Shown here: piece by piece, positions 46,025 to 56,118 of the stretch
How positions within the stretch are numbered: the stretch's first letter is position 1
Layout of the letters: the number at the start of each line of letters is the position of its first letter
Assembly: GCA_043800255.1 (NCBI GenBank)
Contig: JAZDNF010000009.1
Coordinates: 224,001 to 288,000 of the forward strand
Origin: Candidatus Altiarchaeota archaeon
GTDB lineage: Archaea > Altiarchaeota > Altiarchaeia > IMC4 > SCGC-AAA252-I15
Reading direction: 5' to 3'
DNA length: 64,000 nucleotides
The notes under the pieces: generated by a model
What the model was told of the DNA's origin: nothing
Seen by the model: the letters and a program-made list of their open reading frames with translations, nothing else
The model's database searches: none
Program-made: the position numbers and the translations under genes

Positions 46025-46491
46025 AGGATGTGCCCCAGTTCGGGAAGGATGACCTTCTCAAGGCCTGTCCGGACGGCGTTCCTTGAACCTGGAAGGCAGA
46101 AGACAAGCTTGTCCCCTATGGAGCCTGCGAATGCCCTGGACAGCAGAGACTTGGTGCCGACTTCCTTGTAGCTCACATGCCTGAACAGCTCGCCGAAGCC
46201 GGGCAGCTGCTTCTCCAACAGGGGAATGACAGCCTCAGGCGTGTTATCTCTCCTTGATATTCCGGTGCCGCCAGTCGTTATTATCACATCTGTGTCCCCG
46301 CCAGCCAGCTCCATTACCGTTTTCCCGATTGTCTCAGCATCATCCCGTATGACCTCGTACGCTGAGATGGTATGACCTGCCTTCTCCAAAAGTTCTATGA
46401 TAATCTTGCCGGACTCGTCATCCTCCTTCGTCCTCGTGTCGCTGATGGTGATGACGCACGCCCGAATATTCTTGACCTTGTGGTCGTGCAT
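46006..46491 (-). CDS. moaB: Molybdopterin adenylyltransferase MoaB/MogA
   Basis: ITISD, DESG, TTGGTG, PGFGELFR, LSRA, LPGS. Confidence 0.93.
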   Translation of the reverse strand: MHDHKVKNIRACVITISDTRTKEDDESGKIIIELLEKAGHTISAYEVIRDDAETIGKTVMELAGGDTDVIITTGGTGISRRDNTPEAVIPLLEKQLPGFGELFRHVSYKEVGTKSLLSRAFAGSIGDKLVFCLPGSRNAVRTGLEKVILPELGHILWEVRK

Positions 46492-46492
46492 C

Positions 46493-46918
46493 CTATCCCT
46501 TCCTCTTTTCAGTGACCCTGACATCGTATATCAAAGTGTCAGGGTACTGTCCTGTTGAGTCCTTCTCAAGGTATTTGACCATGTCCCAGACGGTGCACAA
46601 TGCTGCTGTAACCCCTACGAGAGCCTCCATCTCGACCCCGGTCTTTGCATGGGCTGAAACAGTGACCCTGGCAAGAGCATGATCTCCGCCAGTCTCTAAC
46701 TCCACCTTCGCATAATCCAATGGGATGTTATGGCAGTGGGGTATCGTCTCGGAAGTCCTCTTGAGAGCGGAGAGCGCCGCAACCTCTGCGACAGAGTAGA
46801 CGTCGCCCTTTTTGACGCTCTTGTTCCTGATGGACTCCAGGGTCTCCTTCTTCAGCCTGATCTTGCCCTCCGCAACCGCCTTCCGAGGGATAGCCTTCTT
46901 ACCGGATACGTCTATCAT
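46493..46918 (-). CDS. moaC: Cyclic pyranopterin monophosphate synthase
   Basis: MIDVSGK, IPHCH, TGVEMEAL, WDMVK. Confidence 0.95.
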   Translation of the reverse strand: MIDVSGKKAIPRKAVAEGKIRLKKETLESIRNKSVKKGDVYSVAEVAALSALKRTSETIPHCHNIPLDYAKVELETGGDHALARVTVSAHAKTGVEMEALVGVTAALCTVWDMVKYLEKDSTGQYPDTLIYDVRVTEKRKG

Positions 46919-47781
46919 CTGCCATCACATCCGATGACCCTTGAGTCTAACGCTTTTTCCAGAGACCGGGTAAAGTCCCCTCCGACAGGGATGTGGCCGC
47001 CGAAAATCCGCAGGCACGGTTTTATCCTGCCGTCTGATGTGAGCCTAATCTTGTTGCAGTCGACGCAGAACTCCCTGCAGTTCGGCCTCACAACCTCCAC
47101 TATCAGATCGTCAAGGTAGTATTGCATTCGCGACTTGGACCGCCTCTCCACTATGAGGGTGGCACGGCTTTTCAGGCTCTCTTCCACGCCCTCAAGAGGG
47201 TAGTAGTGCCTAGTGTAGAAGTCTGCGTCGGTGTTTATCAGCTCTATCAGCTGGAGTATGACGCCCTGGCTTCTTGCGAATTCCATCATCTCTGGGATCT
47301 CATGCTCGTTTATGCCGCGCAGGACTACCATGTTCAGTTTTATCGGCTCAAGCCCTGCCAGCTTGGCTGCCTTCAGGCCTTCCCTGATGGTGCTAGCATT
47401 CTTCAGCAGGAGAGGCGATGACATAGAATCGCATCCTATGTTCACCCTCTTGAGGCCTGCCTCCCTGACAGCCCTTGCCTTGCCGGCCAGCAGCAGGCCG
47501 TTCGTAGTCATGGAAACTTCATCTATGCCTTCCAGTTCCGATATGCCGTTCACGATCCCAACGATGTCTTCCCTTAGGAGGGGCTCGCCGCCCGTTATTT
47601 TTACCCTCCTGACGCCAGCCTCTGCGAAGTGCCGTGCAAGGATTATGATTTCTTCGGTTGCCATCTGCCTGCCGGGGTTTACCTCGCCCTCCCGGTGGCA
47701 GTAGGCGCAGTCAAGGTTGCACTCCTGGGTCACCGAGATCCTGAGTTCCTCTATTTTTCTGCCGTAGCCGTCTATCATCAT
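46915..47781 (-). CDS. moaA: GTP 3',8-cyclase
   Basis: DGYGR, CNLDCAYCH, TGGEP, FCVDCNKIRLTSDG..KPC. Confidence 0.95.
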   Translation of the reverse strand: MMIDGYGRKIEELRISVTQECNLDCAYCHREGEVNPGRQMATEEIIILARHFAEAGVRRVKITGGEPLLREDIVGIVNGISELEGIDEVSMTTNGLLLAGKARAVREAGLKRVNIGCDSMSSPLLLKNASTIREGLKAAKLAGLEPIKLNMVVLRGINEHEIPEMMEFARSQGVILQLIELINTDADFYTRHYYPLEGVEESLKSRATLIVERRSKSRMQYYLDDLIVEVVRPNCREFCVDCNKIRLTSDGRIKPCLRIFGGHIPVGGDFTRSLEKALDSRVIGCDGR

Positions 47782-47782
47782 G

Positions 47783-47839
47783 CGTTGTATTTAATAGAAT
47801 ACAACGGTATATATACGTTATATCAGAAACAATATAACG
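47783..47839. promoter_or_regulatory. Two ModE-type palindromic operators flanking a symmetric TATA
   Basis: CGTTGTAT-N8-ATACAACG (47783-47806), GTATATATAC, CGTTATAT-N8-ATATAACG (47816-47839). Confidence 0.85.
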
Positions 47840-47842
47840 AAG

Positions 47843-48025
47843 ATGACAAAGAAGCACATCAGGAAGGCAGTTGGGTACAGGGTATACTCGATTCTGATAA
47901 TGGCAATAGTCTCCTACGTACTAACAGGCTCTATAATAAAGATGACAGCGATGACCACCATAGTAGAGGCTGTCAAGGCCGTACAGTACTATTTCTTTGA
48001 GATCGTATGGCACAGGCTCGCGTAG
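47843..48025 (+). CDS. DUF2061-like small membrane protein
   Basis: KAVGYRV...LTGS...YYFFEIVW pattern; two short TM helices. Confidence 0.7.
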   Translation: MTKKHIRKAVGYRVYSILIMAIVSYVLTGSIIKMTAMTTIVEAVKAVQYYFFEIVWHRLA

Positions 48026-48360
48026 CTAGGATGAAGGTCGGGTTCAAGCTTTGGCTGGAGAACAGCAGAGGAGAGCCGGTCTTCGGCAGAGGAAAGCTCA
48101 GGATCCTGGAGACCATAGAAAAGCACAAGTCGATGAACAAGGCCAGCCGGGAGCTGGGAATGTCCTACATGCACCTCATGGAAAAGGTAAAACACATGGA
48201 ATCCAGGCTGGGATTGAAGCTCGTAAGGGCGAATAGGGGAGGCAGAGGCGGCGGAGGGGCTGAGCTGACGCCGAAAGCCAAAGACCTGATAAAAAAGTAC
48301 GAAAAATTCTCTGGAAAAGCGACTAAGAGCATAGAATCAGGATTCAATAGGACATTCTGA
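48007..48360 (+). CDS. ModE-family regulator, DNA-binding domain only
   Basis: KLWLE, FGRGKLRILETI, SMNKASRELGMSY, RGGRGGGGAELT; start may be 48031. Confidence 0.88.
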   Translation: MAQARVARMKVGFKLWLENSRGEPVFGRGKLRILETIEKHKSMNKASRELGMSYMHLMEKVKHMESRLGLKLVRANRGGRGGGGAELTPKAKDLIKKYEKFSGKATKSIESGFNRTF

Positions 48361-48390
48361 ACACCCTAAGGCCTGCCGCATTACCGGCAG

Positions 48391-48753
48391 TTAGTGGCAG
48401 CTGGGCTTCGGGCCGGTTGACCATGCAGGAACTTGGTACATGCTTGTCGTCGGAAGTGTAGTGGTGATTATTGACGTTGTAGGACGCAAAGACGTCGTTA
48501 GTGTGGTCGGTGTTGTCGTCTGGCTTACGCCTGCATCCGGGGATGTCTCAACTAGTGCTGACAAGGACGTTGTCGGGGTTGTTGTAGGCTCTACAGGTTG
48601 TTCGGTCGCCGCAGATTGCTCGTTGGATATCAGGTAGACTGCCGAGACGCCCGCAATTAACAACGCGACCGTCAGAAGCAGCAGGATTGCCGCAAGAGCG
48701 GGCAAAACGTTCGACTGTCTTCCCCTGCATGCCCTGATTGCTCTTAGACCCAT
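48391..48753 (-). CDS. Single-TM protein with Thr-rich stalk
   Basis: Probable start MGLRAI at 48753; TM helix, TTTPT-rich region, C-terminal SCH. Confidence 0.55.
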   Translation of the reverse strand: MGLRAIRACRGRQSNVLPALAAILLLLTVALLIAGVSAVYLISNEQSAATEQPVEPTTTPTTSLSALVETSPDAGVSQTTTPTTLTTSLRPTTSIITTTLPTTSMYQVPAWSTGPKPSCH

Positions 48754-48769
48754 TGTATGTCCCGTAAAT

Positions 48770-49603
48770 TCAGTCCTCTGCCACTGGCATGTAATGCAAC
48801 ATGTCCAAGAACGTGTCTGTTGGCTCAAGCACTCCGACAACCACGGCGTCTGCGCCGAAGAAGCCGTTTAACCTGTCGCCCACGTTGGCGAACAGCTTCT
48901 CTTCCCGCATCATATCAGCCTCGGTTGCGCCAAGTATCAAAGGCAGATAGTTCCTGTTCTCTGTGACCTGGAGATTAAGGTGGCCGACGTTGAAAGTCGC
49001 AACAGTTTTGTTCATCGTCTGCGATTTAAATTCTTGAAGACCGCCTTCGGCGAAGGTTACGTTCGCAGGCCAGTTCGCATTTTCCGACTTTACATAGTAG
49101 AAGAACTTCGGCATCTTCTCGTCTGTCAGCCTGACGTCTATCTGTTCCCCATCGAACTGGTTGAACTTTTCGCTGGAGAGGATGTGCATCATATCAACCG
49201 CCGAATCTGTCTTCTTCAGCATCCCGCTGACCCGCATGTCCTGGCCCAGGAAGCCCTCCAAAACGTAACCCCACAGGATGTCGGATGTCGTTACGTTCTT
49301 ACCGTCTGTCATTGATTTCGCCTCCTCGAAGCCCAATACCATCGAATCATCCTCTGGGACAGGAGACCCCATCAGCGTCTGATACCCTGCCAGTCTGCTC
49401 GGAGGTATGTACGCTAGAAGCTCAGGGTCGCCATCGTCAAATGATAGTTTGAACCCTGCTTCGCTGAACAACCTCGGGCTGACGCCAACGTCCTGCGTGA
49501 AATAACCCTGCGTGTACAGCACCCCGCTCACAGAAGCTGCCAGGATTGCCGTGAATAGTATGCTAAACTTGTTCTCCGTTATAAATTTTTTTTCTGCCAT
49601 CAT
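48770..49603 (-). CDS. Membrane-anchored protein with a duplicated DM(M/L)H-containing domain
   Basis: N-terminal TM; LG..EA..M...GF.G.D..V.G.L..TD...DM.H present twice. Confidence 0.7.
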   Translation of the reverse strand: MMAEKKFITENKFSILFTAILAASVSGVLYTQGYFTQDVGVSPRLFSEAGFKLSFDDGDPELLAYIPPSRLAGYQTLMGSPVPEDDSMVLGFEEAKSMTDGKNVTTSDILWGYVLEGFLGQDMRVSGMLKKTDSAVDMMHILSSEKFNQFDGEQIDVRLTDEKMPKFFYYVKSENANWPANVTFAEGGLQEFKSQTMNKTVATFNVGHLNLQVTENRNYLPLILGATEADMMREEKLFANVGDRLNGFFGADAVVVGVLEPTDTFLDMLHYMPVAED

Positions 49604-49633
49604 ATCACCTCAACGAACATTCTGATAACCCTG

Positions 49634-51817
49634 TTAAAGCCTCCTGTATTTCAGCGTCAGGGAGTTGGTTACGACCGATACCGAGCTTAACGCCATGGCC
49701 CCGCCGGCGATTATCGGGTTCAGGAGCCATCCTGTGAAGGGGTAGAATACTCCGGCCGCAATCGGTATGCCTATTACGTTGTAAATCAACGCCCAGAACA
49801 TGTTCTGCTTTATCTTGCCCATCGTTGCCTTGCTCAGCCTGAAGGCTTTGACGACGTCAAGGGGGTTGTTTTTCATGAGCACTATGTTCCCAGATTCCAT
49901 CGCAACGTCTGTGCCTGACGCCATCACTATGCCGACGTCAGCCTGCGCCAATGCGGGGGCGTCGTTTATCCCGTCGCCGACCATCGCAACCTTTCTGCCC
50001 CTCGCCTGAAGGTCTCGCACATAGTTTACCTTGTCCTCAGGAAGAACTTCAGAGAAGACGGTCTTTATGCCGACCATTTTTCCGACAGCTTCCGCAGTCC
50101 TCTTGTTGTCGCCTGTTATCATGTACACGTCAATGCCGAGTTTGGTCAATTCCGCCACCGCACCCTTCGCCGTGTCTTTCAGCGTGTCAGCTATCGCGAT
50201 CAACGCCGCCGGGACGTCGTCCACTGCCAGTATCACGACAGTCTTCCCCTCGTCTTCAAGTTTAGTCAGACTGCCTTCAAAGGTTGAAAAGTTTATCCCT
50301 TTTGAGGATATGAGCTTCCTGTTCCCTAGGAGGACGTTCCTGCCCTCTACTTTTGCGGAGACGCCGTGGCCTGGCACAGCCTTGAAGTCCGAGATGTCAG
50401 CCAGCATGATGCCCTTCTCGTTCACATAGTCCAATACGGCTTCAGCCAGAGGATGCTCTGAACTGCGTTCGATGCTGCCTGCGAACTTCAGCGCATCATC
50501 TTCGTTAAGTTCATTCAGGATAACAACGTCTGTCACAGAGGGTGTTCCCTTGGTTATCGTTCCTGTTTTGTCGAACACCAGCGCGTTTATCTTGCGGGTT
50601 GTCTCAAGAGCCTCCCCGCTTTTTATCAGTATCCCTGCGCCGGCTCCCTTCCCTATGCCGACCATTATTGCGGTAGGAGTTGCAAGGCCTAACGCGCACG
50701 GGCAGGATATGACAAGCACTGAGACTGCTATGACAAGCGCGAAGGCGAATGTCTTGCCGATGATGAGATACCACACCCCAAACGAGAGCAATGCTATCAG
50801 TATCACGGCAGGGACGAAGTAGCTTGAGATTACGTCAGCGAAACGCTGTATTGGAGCCTTCGAGCCCTGCGCGTCCTCAACCAGCTTTATTATGTGCGCC
50901 AGAGTGGTGTCCGCCCCCACCTTTGTCGCCCTGAACTGGAAGCTCCCGTGCTTGTTGATTGTTGAGCCTATGACGCTGCTGCCGACCGTTTTTTCGACTG
51001 GTATGCTCTCGCCAGTTATCATGGACTCGTCTATGCTGCTCCCGCCGGAGATTATGACACCGTCCACGGGAATCTTCTCCCCCGGCTTAACAAGCAGTAT
51101 GTCGCCAACCTTCACCTGCTCGACAGGTATGACAACTTCCTTGCCGTCTCTGATTACTGTCGCAGTCTTCGGGCTTAAATCCATGAGCTTCCTTATTGCC
51201 TCGCTCGTCTTCCCCTTGGCTTTGGCTTCCAAGTATTTGCCCACAAGCACGAAGGTTATCAGAACAGCCGCAGTCTCAAAGTACTGGTCCATCATCGGGT
51301 TCACAAGCATGACCGCCACGCTGTAAAAATATGCAGCCGACGTTCCAACTGCTATCAGGGTGTCCATGTTGCTTGTCCTGTTCTTGAGCGCAGCCCAAGC
51401 CCCGCTGTAGAACCTGGCCCCTGATATGAACTGGACAGGAGTCGCAAGAAGGAATAGGAGGTATATGGCATAGGGCACGTCCTCCATGAAGACCATCCCA
51501 ATCAACGCTGCCGGTACGGATAGCATCAGGCTGAATGCGAGCAGCTGCTTCATGCGCGTCAGCTCTCCCTTCTTCTCCAGCTCATCAAAGGACTTGTCAG
51601 CCTCTGTCGAAACCCTTGCACTGTAGCCTCTGTTTTTCACAGCATTGATCAAAACCTGGACTGACGTCTTCGACTCGTCAAATTCTACGACAGCCTTCTC
51701 GGTGCTCAGATTGACGTTCGCGCTGACAACGCCGTCGGTCTTCATCAATGCCTTTTCCAGAACTGTGACACAGCTCGCGCAGTGCATCCCCGTAATGTTC
51801 AACGTGGTCTTTTTCAT
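49634..51817 (-). CDS. copA: Cu(+)-exporting P1B-type ATPase
   Basis: GMHCASC HMA domain, TGES, CPC, DKTGT, SEHP, GDGIND, YN, MALSS. Confidence 0.95.
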   Translation of the reverse strand: MKKTTLNITGMHCASCVTVLEKALMKTDGVVSANVNLSTEKAVVEFDESKTSVQVLINAVKNRGYSARVSTEADKSFDELEKKGELTRMKQLLAFSLMLSVPAALIGMVFMEDVPYAIYLLFLLATPVQFISGARFYSGAWAALKNRTSNMDTLIAVGTSAAYFYSVAVMLVNPMMDQYFETAAVLITFVLVGKYLEAKAKGKTSEAIRKLMDLSPKTATVIRDGKEVVIPVEQVKVGDILLVKPGEKIPVDGVIISGGSSIDESMITGESIPVEKTVGSSVIGSTINKHGSFQFRATKVGADTTLAHIIKLVEDAQGSKAPIQRFADVISSYFVPAVILIALLSFGVWYLIIGKTFAFALVIAVSVLVISCPCALGLATPTAIMVGIGKGAGAGILIKSGEALETTRKINALVFDKTGTITKGTPSVTDVVILNELNEDDALKFAGSIERSSEHPLAEAVLDYVNEKGIMLADISDFKAVPGHGVSAKVEGRNVLLGNRKLISSKGINFSTFEGSLTKLEDEGKTVVILAVDDVPAALIAIADTLKDTAKGAVAELTKLGIDVYMITGDNKRTAEAVGKMVGIKTVFSEVLPEDKVNYVRDLQARGRKVAMVGDGINDAPALAQADVGIVMASGTDVAMESGNIVLMKNNPLDVVKAFRLSKATMGKIKQNMFWALIYNVIGIPIAAGVFYPFTGWLLNPIIAGGAMALSSVSVVTNSLTLKYRRL

Positions 51818-52308
51818 CCTTGGAAGAACCTTTTTCCAGCCTCCAGGTCCGATTGTTCTATTAAGACATATTGCCCTGAAACTTTATGAGGTAAATCGCT
51901 TGGCCAGCAGCCTCCCCCACGGTTTTCAGTGCCCAGACTGTCTATGCTGAAGTGTCGTCCACACTTGTTGCATACCGCATCATCGCCTGACTGCCTGTAA
52001 CCTAAGCTTCCGCCGCATATTTCACAGGCGTCAAACGCTGTCCTGACCTTACCGTCGCTGCCTAACACGGCCATGTACCTTACTGCAGTCCCGCCTGAAT
52101 TGTAGGTGTACTTTTTTACAGTAGTTGATATTTCGGTTAGGGGAATTCTGACAACCGTGTCAGGAACATCGCCGCCAACGGCTGCAATGCTGCTGTTGAC
52201 TGCATCATCCTGTGTGACCGCCCCCCGGAACCCTATAGCGTAAACTGCTCCGACCAGCAGTACAACTGCCAGTATCAGATAGCCGTTATTCTTGTTCATT
52301 CTGTTCAC
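51814..52308 (-). CDS. DUF2318 (membrane Fe-S-like) protein
   Basis: [22 protein letters not shown]. Confidence 0.85.
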   Translation of the reverse strand: MNRMNKNNGYLILAVVLLVGAVYAIGFRGAVTQDDAVNSSIAAVGGDVPDTVVRIPLTEISTTVKKYTYNSGGTAVRYMAVLGSDGKVRTAFDACEICGGSLGYRQSGDDAVCNKCGRHFSIDSLGTENRGGGCWPSDLPHKVSGQYVLIEQSDLEAGKRFFQG

Positions 52309-52942
52309 CTAGTTCTCCGTCTATGATGTCTGCAAACACGTCGTATGGCTGTGCGCCAACGATTTTCTTTCCTTTGATGAAGAATGTCGGCGTCCCGCTA
52401 ACGCCCAGTCTCTTGCCCTCCGCAAGGTTCTTTTTCACAACATCCTTCTTTGCGCCGGAATCAAGGCACCTGCTGAAATTGTCCGCATCAAGATTCAGCT
52501 CGCCTGCTATGCTCTTTAAAACGTCAGCTTCTCCTATGTCCCTGCCGTTCGCATAATCCTCAAACAGTCTGTCATGGTACTCCCAGAACAGTCCCTGGTC
52601 TCTGGCGCACTCTGACGCCTCAGCCGCCCTGTCGGATCCCGCATGGAACGTCAAGGGAAAATGCTTGAAGACTATCTCGATCCTGCCATCGTATTCGTCC
52701 CTGAGCTGCTCGACAGTCTCTGCCGCTTTCCCGCAGTAGGGGCACTTGAAGTCGCTGTATTCTATGACCTGCAGAATGTTAGACTCGCTGCCAAGCGATT
52801 CTGTCGGCAGAACTTCCGGAGCGGACTGCCCTGCAGTAAATTTGTAAGCCAGCACGACAGCAACCGCTAAAAGGGCAAACGCAAGCGCGTGTTTTCCTTT
52901 AAGCCTACTAGGACTGACGCTATTGTTTTTGTTTTTAGTCAT
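52286..52942 (-). CDS. DsbA/BdbD-family thiol-disulfide oxidoreductase
   Basis: EYSDFKCPYC, KHFPL, GVSGTPTFF, GAQP; ATGA overlap at 52939-52942. Confidence 0.9.
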   Translation of the reverse strand: MTKNKNNSVSPSRLKGKHALAFALLAVAVVLAYKFTAGQSAPEVLPTESLGSESNILQVIEYSDFKCPYCGKAAETVEQLRDEYDGRIEIVFKHFPLTFHAGSDRAAEASECARDQGLFWEYHDRLFEDYANGRDIGEADVLKSIAGELNLDADNFSRCLDSGAKKDVVKKNLAEGKRLGVSGTPTFFIKGKKIVGAQPYDVFADIIDGELGEQNEQE

Positions 52943-54405
52943 CTTCCGCCTCCGCAGCCGCAGCCTCCGCCGCATGAACCGCCCCGGGGAACCTGCACGC
53001 TGGCAAGCTCCGTCTGAACCTGCGCCGCATCCTGGATGTTGACATCATCTTTGACGATGAATACTCCAGGTATCATGCCCATCCAGCAGCTCCAGGGTAT
53101 TGTGCCCGCTTCTGTTGGAGTGAACTCTATGGTCTGCAGGCCGGGTTTTATGTCAAACCTTAAACCAAGTTTTGGAACCTGTATGGCCCTGTTGCAGTTG
53201 GTAATCTCTATGCCGTTTATAACCCATTTGACCGGAACGCCCTTCTTCAGTATGAACTTGTCCGGCACCCACCCATAGCTGGTGACGTTCATCTGAATCT
53301 CCTGGTAGCCGTCTTTTAGCGTTACCTGAGAACTTCCGCCAGCCGGGACCGATGCCGCGTCCTTCGCGGAGACTGACATGAAAAGCGTGTTCGCATCATA
53401 TCCTGAGCCTGTCAGCGCAAGACCGCGGTTTACCATTATAAGTCCCAGTATGACAACCACAACGCCTGACAACTTCAGTATCTTGTGAGTAAACTGGGAG
53501 CTTACCATCGAGGATACGATTCCGAAGCCCAGCAGAACCGGCAGCGTCCCAAGACCGAACGCCATCAGGTACAGGGCGCCCCAGTATGGTGACCCTGACG
53601 CTGCTGCGAATATGTAAACAGCCTGCAGCGGACCGCAAGCCAGCATGAGGCCGTTCAATAATCCTATGGCAAGCGGACTGCGCGATTTTTCTGATTTCCT
53701 CTCGATGAACTTTTCCAGGGGAGATGGCATCTTAAGCCTGAATCTCCTGAACCACCTGAACAGGTTGAGCATGTTCAGGCCGAACATGATAAGGAAAATC
53801 CCTGCAAGTATTCCTGCAGCTCCCCGCATCACCGGCGTGAACGTTATAAACGAGCCCAAAAGGCCGAAAAATCCTCCCAACAGGGTATATGATGCTGTTT
53901 TGCCGAAACCGTAGGAGAGATGCGCCCTGAGATCCGAGCCAACCCTCCCCTGCGATGCATTTTTTGCGGTATAGGATATCACAAATCCGCCGCACATTGC
54001 AATGCAGTGGAATCCTGTCAGCAACCCTACCAGGAATAGAAGCCCAAGTGATGCGTCTTGGCCTATTGTCGGAAAGGAAAAGTCGGATTTTTTTTCAAGC
54101 TCGGAGTATGCGAACAGCGCGATGAGAACCAGCCCAAGCGTTAACGATATGAACCGGTAATCAACAGTTCTCGGCTGCTTCTCCCTGCCTTTCAATCTGC
54201 AATTGTATCCTTTAGCCTCGATTTTTTTCAGGATTCTTCCCTTGTCAGTGATATTCGGATCATACGTTACCTCGCCCTTGCCTGTCGCATAATCAATCCT
54301 GGCTTCCTTAACCCCATATTCGGACAATGCAGCCTTTGCTATGATCTTCTCGCAGCTCTGGCATTCCATGTCGTCTGTCTGAAAGTTGAATTTTGATTCT
54401 GCCAT
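52939..54405 (-). CDS. HMA, DsbD_2/TauE-like membrane and cupredoxin-like fusion protein
   Basis: MECQSC, GFHCIAMCG, ACGPLQ, WSCWMGM, tail GGSCGGGCGCGG. Confidence 0.85.
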   Translation of the reverse strand: MAESKFNFQTDDMECQSCEKIIAKAALSEYGVKEARIDYATGKGEVTYDPNITDKGRILKKIEAKGYNCRLKGREKQPRTVDYRFISLTLGLVLIALFAYSELEKKSDFSFPTIGQDASLGLLFLVGLLTGFHCIAMCGGFVISYTAKNASQGRVGSDLRAHLSYGFGKTASYTLLGGFFGLLGSFITFTPVMRGAAGILAGIFLIMFGLNMLNLFRWFRRFRLKMPSPLEKFIERKSEKSRSPLAIGLLNGLMLACGPLQAVYIFAAASGSPYWGALYLMAFGLGTLPVLLGFGIVSSMVSSQFTHKILKLSGVVVVILGLIMVNRGLALTGSGYDANTLFMSVSAKDAASVPAGGSSQVTLKDGYQEIQMNVTSYGWVPDKFILKKGVPVKWVINGIEITNCNRAIQVPKLGLRFDIKPGLQTIEFTPTEAGTIPWSCWMGMIPGVFIVKDDVNIQDAAQVQTELASVQVPRGGSCGGGCGCGGGR

Positions 54406-54410
54406 TTTTC

Positions 54411-54614
54411 TTATCCTACTGTGTACCCCAGCTCCCGCACAGCTTCCTTCAGCTTTTCAGCAGGAACCGAATCCGCGCATTCGATGTGCACCGCCCCGCT
54501 GGTGTGGTCTGCCGTTACCTTGGTAACTCCCGGCATTTCCAACAGAGTGTCAGCTATAAGTATGCCGCAGCTCTTGCAGTGCATGCCTTTGACATTGAGG
54601 TCAATCTTGACCAT
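54411..54614 (-). CDS. CopZ-like heavy-metal chaperone
   Basis: VKGMHCKSC...ELGY. Confidence 0.9.
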   Translation of the reverse strand: MVKIDLNVKGMHCKSCGILIADTLLEMPGVTKVTADHTSGAVHIECADSVPAEKLKEAVRELGYTVG

Positions 54615-54628
54615 GGAATCTTATTGTA

Positions 54629-54666
54629 TGAAACCGACTATTAGCAGATGGGTGAAACCAGTTTCA
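54629..54666 (-). promoter_or_regulatory. GTTTCA-type sites upstream of the copper operon
   Basis: TGAAAC at 54629 and 54653 (GTTTCA on the - strand) plus inverted GTTTCA at 54661. Confidence 0.6.
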
Positions 54667-54667
54667 G

Positions 54668-55150
54668 TCACTTGAGAACGACTATGTTGGTAGGGCCTCT
54701 TCGCTTTCTCTCGATAAGCTGCAGGGATTCCAGCTTGTCCAATGTCCGGGTTGCCTTGACTTTTGACATTCCGAGCTTTTCCACGATCTCGCTCTGGAAC
54801 ATGGCGCCGTCAGAGTCCATCAAAAGTCTGTAGATGTCGCGTTCAGTCCCCCTTAATTTGCCCAGTTTTTCGGACCATGCCTCCTTCCCTGAAGGTTTCT
54901 CAAACGGCCCACCGCCTTTGAAGAAGAGGATGAGACCTATCAGCATCGTGATTACTACGGCAAAGATCCCCACGTAGACCGTCGGAGGTATCTTGAACTC
55001 CTGCATCGTGCAGACGTCACCGCATGTGCAGGATGATGCCGCCTGCGAACTAAGTGAGTCGATGAACATGAAGATCATCAGGGCAAACACCAGAGCCATC
55101 AGTGTGAGAACCGCCCCAACCGCCTTGAATGTGAGTTTTACTGGCTTCAT
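54668..55150 (-). CDS. Two-TM membrane-anchored winged-HTH regulator with an extracellular CxCxxxC loop
   Basis: TM-SCTCGDVCTM-TM, then ERDIYRLL...QSEIVEKLGMSKVKATRTLDKLE...GPTNIV. Confidence 0.82.
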   Translation of the reverse strand: MKPVKLTFKAVGAVLTLMALVFALMIFMFIDSLSSQAASSCTCGDVCTMQEFKIPPTVYVGIFAVVITMLIGLILFFKGGGPFEKPSGKEAWSEKLGKLRGTERDIYRLLMDSDGAMFQSEIVEKLGMSKVKATRTLDKLESLQLIERKRRGPTNIVVLK

Positions 55151-55216
55151 TTCCGGATTATTATAAGTTAACCATCGTTAATAAACTGATAGTATCCAAC
55201 GGCACAGTAACCCCCA

Positions 55217-56071
55217 TCATATCACCTTGTGAATCCTGTCGATGTTCCTGTAGGCTAATGCCACAAACAGCAGGTAAAGCGCATAGGAGGCGGCCTCCAG
55301 GAGAGACGGGTTCCCGTTGTATCCTAATAGGTCCTTAGCCAGTCCGCCGATTAGGCCGTTCTCGTGCAATAGAGGATAGCTTCCATCAGGGTTCTGCGGG
55401 GGATTCACATCCCACAAATGCTCGATATATGTTGGCAGGACGCCTGCCTCCTGAAGCTCGTGGACGCCGTGCGCGACAAGGCCTGCCGCGAAAAGCACCA
55501 AGACGATGCTCGTGGCCTGGAAGAACTTCCTGACGTCCAGCTTCCTGGCCTGGACGAAGATGATGAACCCCAACGCCAATGCGAGGATTATTCCAAGGAA
55601 TCCGCCCACAATCCTGTCGTATGCGGTCGCCTCCCCTGCAAGCGAGCTGGCTCCCAGGAAGATTACGGTCTCCACGCCCTCCCTGAGGACGGAGACGAAC
55701 ACTAAGGCAAAGAGTCCGAGCCTGTGGCCCTCTGATATTTCATGGCCGACCTTCTGCTCTATCTCCTCCCTTATGTGAGTCTGCCTCATCATCCACAATA
55801 TCATGGTGGTCAGAAGCAGCGCAGCGAACAGCATCACGACGCCCTCGAATATTTCCTCGCTCCGACCTGAGAAACCGCCTGCCAGAGTATTGAAGCCATA
55901 CGCAGCGATTATGCTGCCAACGACTGCCGACACAATCGCAAGGTAGATCACAGAATTGTATTTTGATTGTTTCGTGCGCTCAAGGTAAGCTAGCACTATC
56001 CCTATGACCAGCGCCGCCTCAAGCGTCTCCCTGAAGGTTATGATCAACTCCGATAGCATGTCAGATATCAA
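55217..56071 (-). CDS. FTR1-family iron permease
   Basis: RETLE and REGVE (RExxE) motifs, HELQEAG, LLGY. Confidence 0.92.
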   Translation of the reverse strand: MISDMLSELIITFRETLEAALVIGIVLAYLERTKQSKYNSVIYLAIVSAVVGSIIAAYGFNTLAGGFSGRSEEIFEGVVMLFAALLLTTMILWMMRQTHIREEIEQKVGHEISEGHRLGLFALVFVSVLREGVETVIFLGASSLAGEATAYDRIVGGFLGIILALALGFIIFVQARKLDVRKFFQATSIVLVLFAAGLVAHGVHELQEAGVLPTYIEHLWDVNPPQNPDGSYPLLHENGLIGGLAKDLLGYNGNPSLLEAASYALYLLFVALAYRNIDRIHKVI

Positions 56072-56118
56072 TACATGCTAAAGCATATAAATGGTAGTAG
56101 GTAACCAGGCCGTAACCA

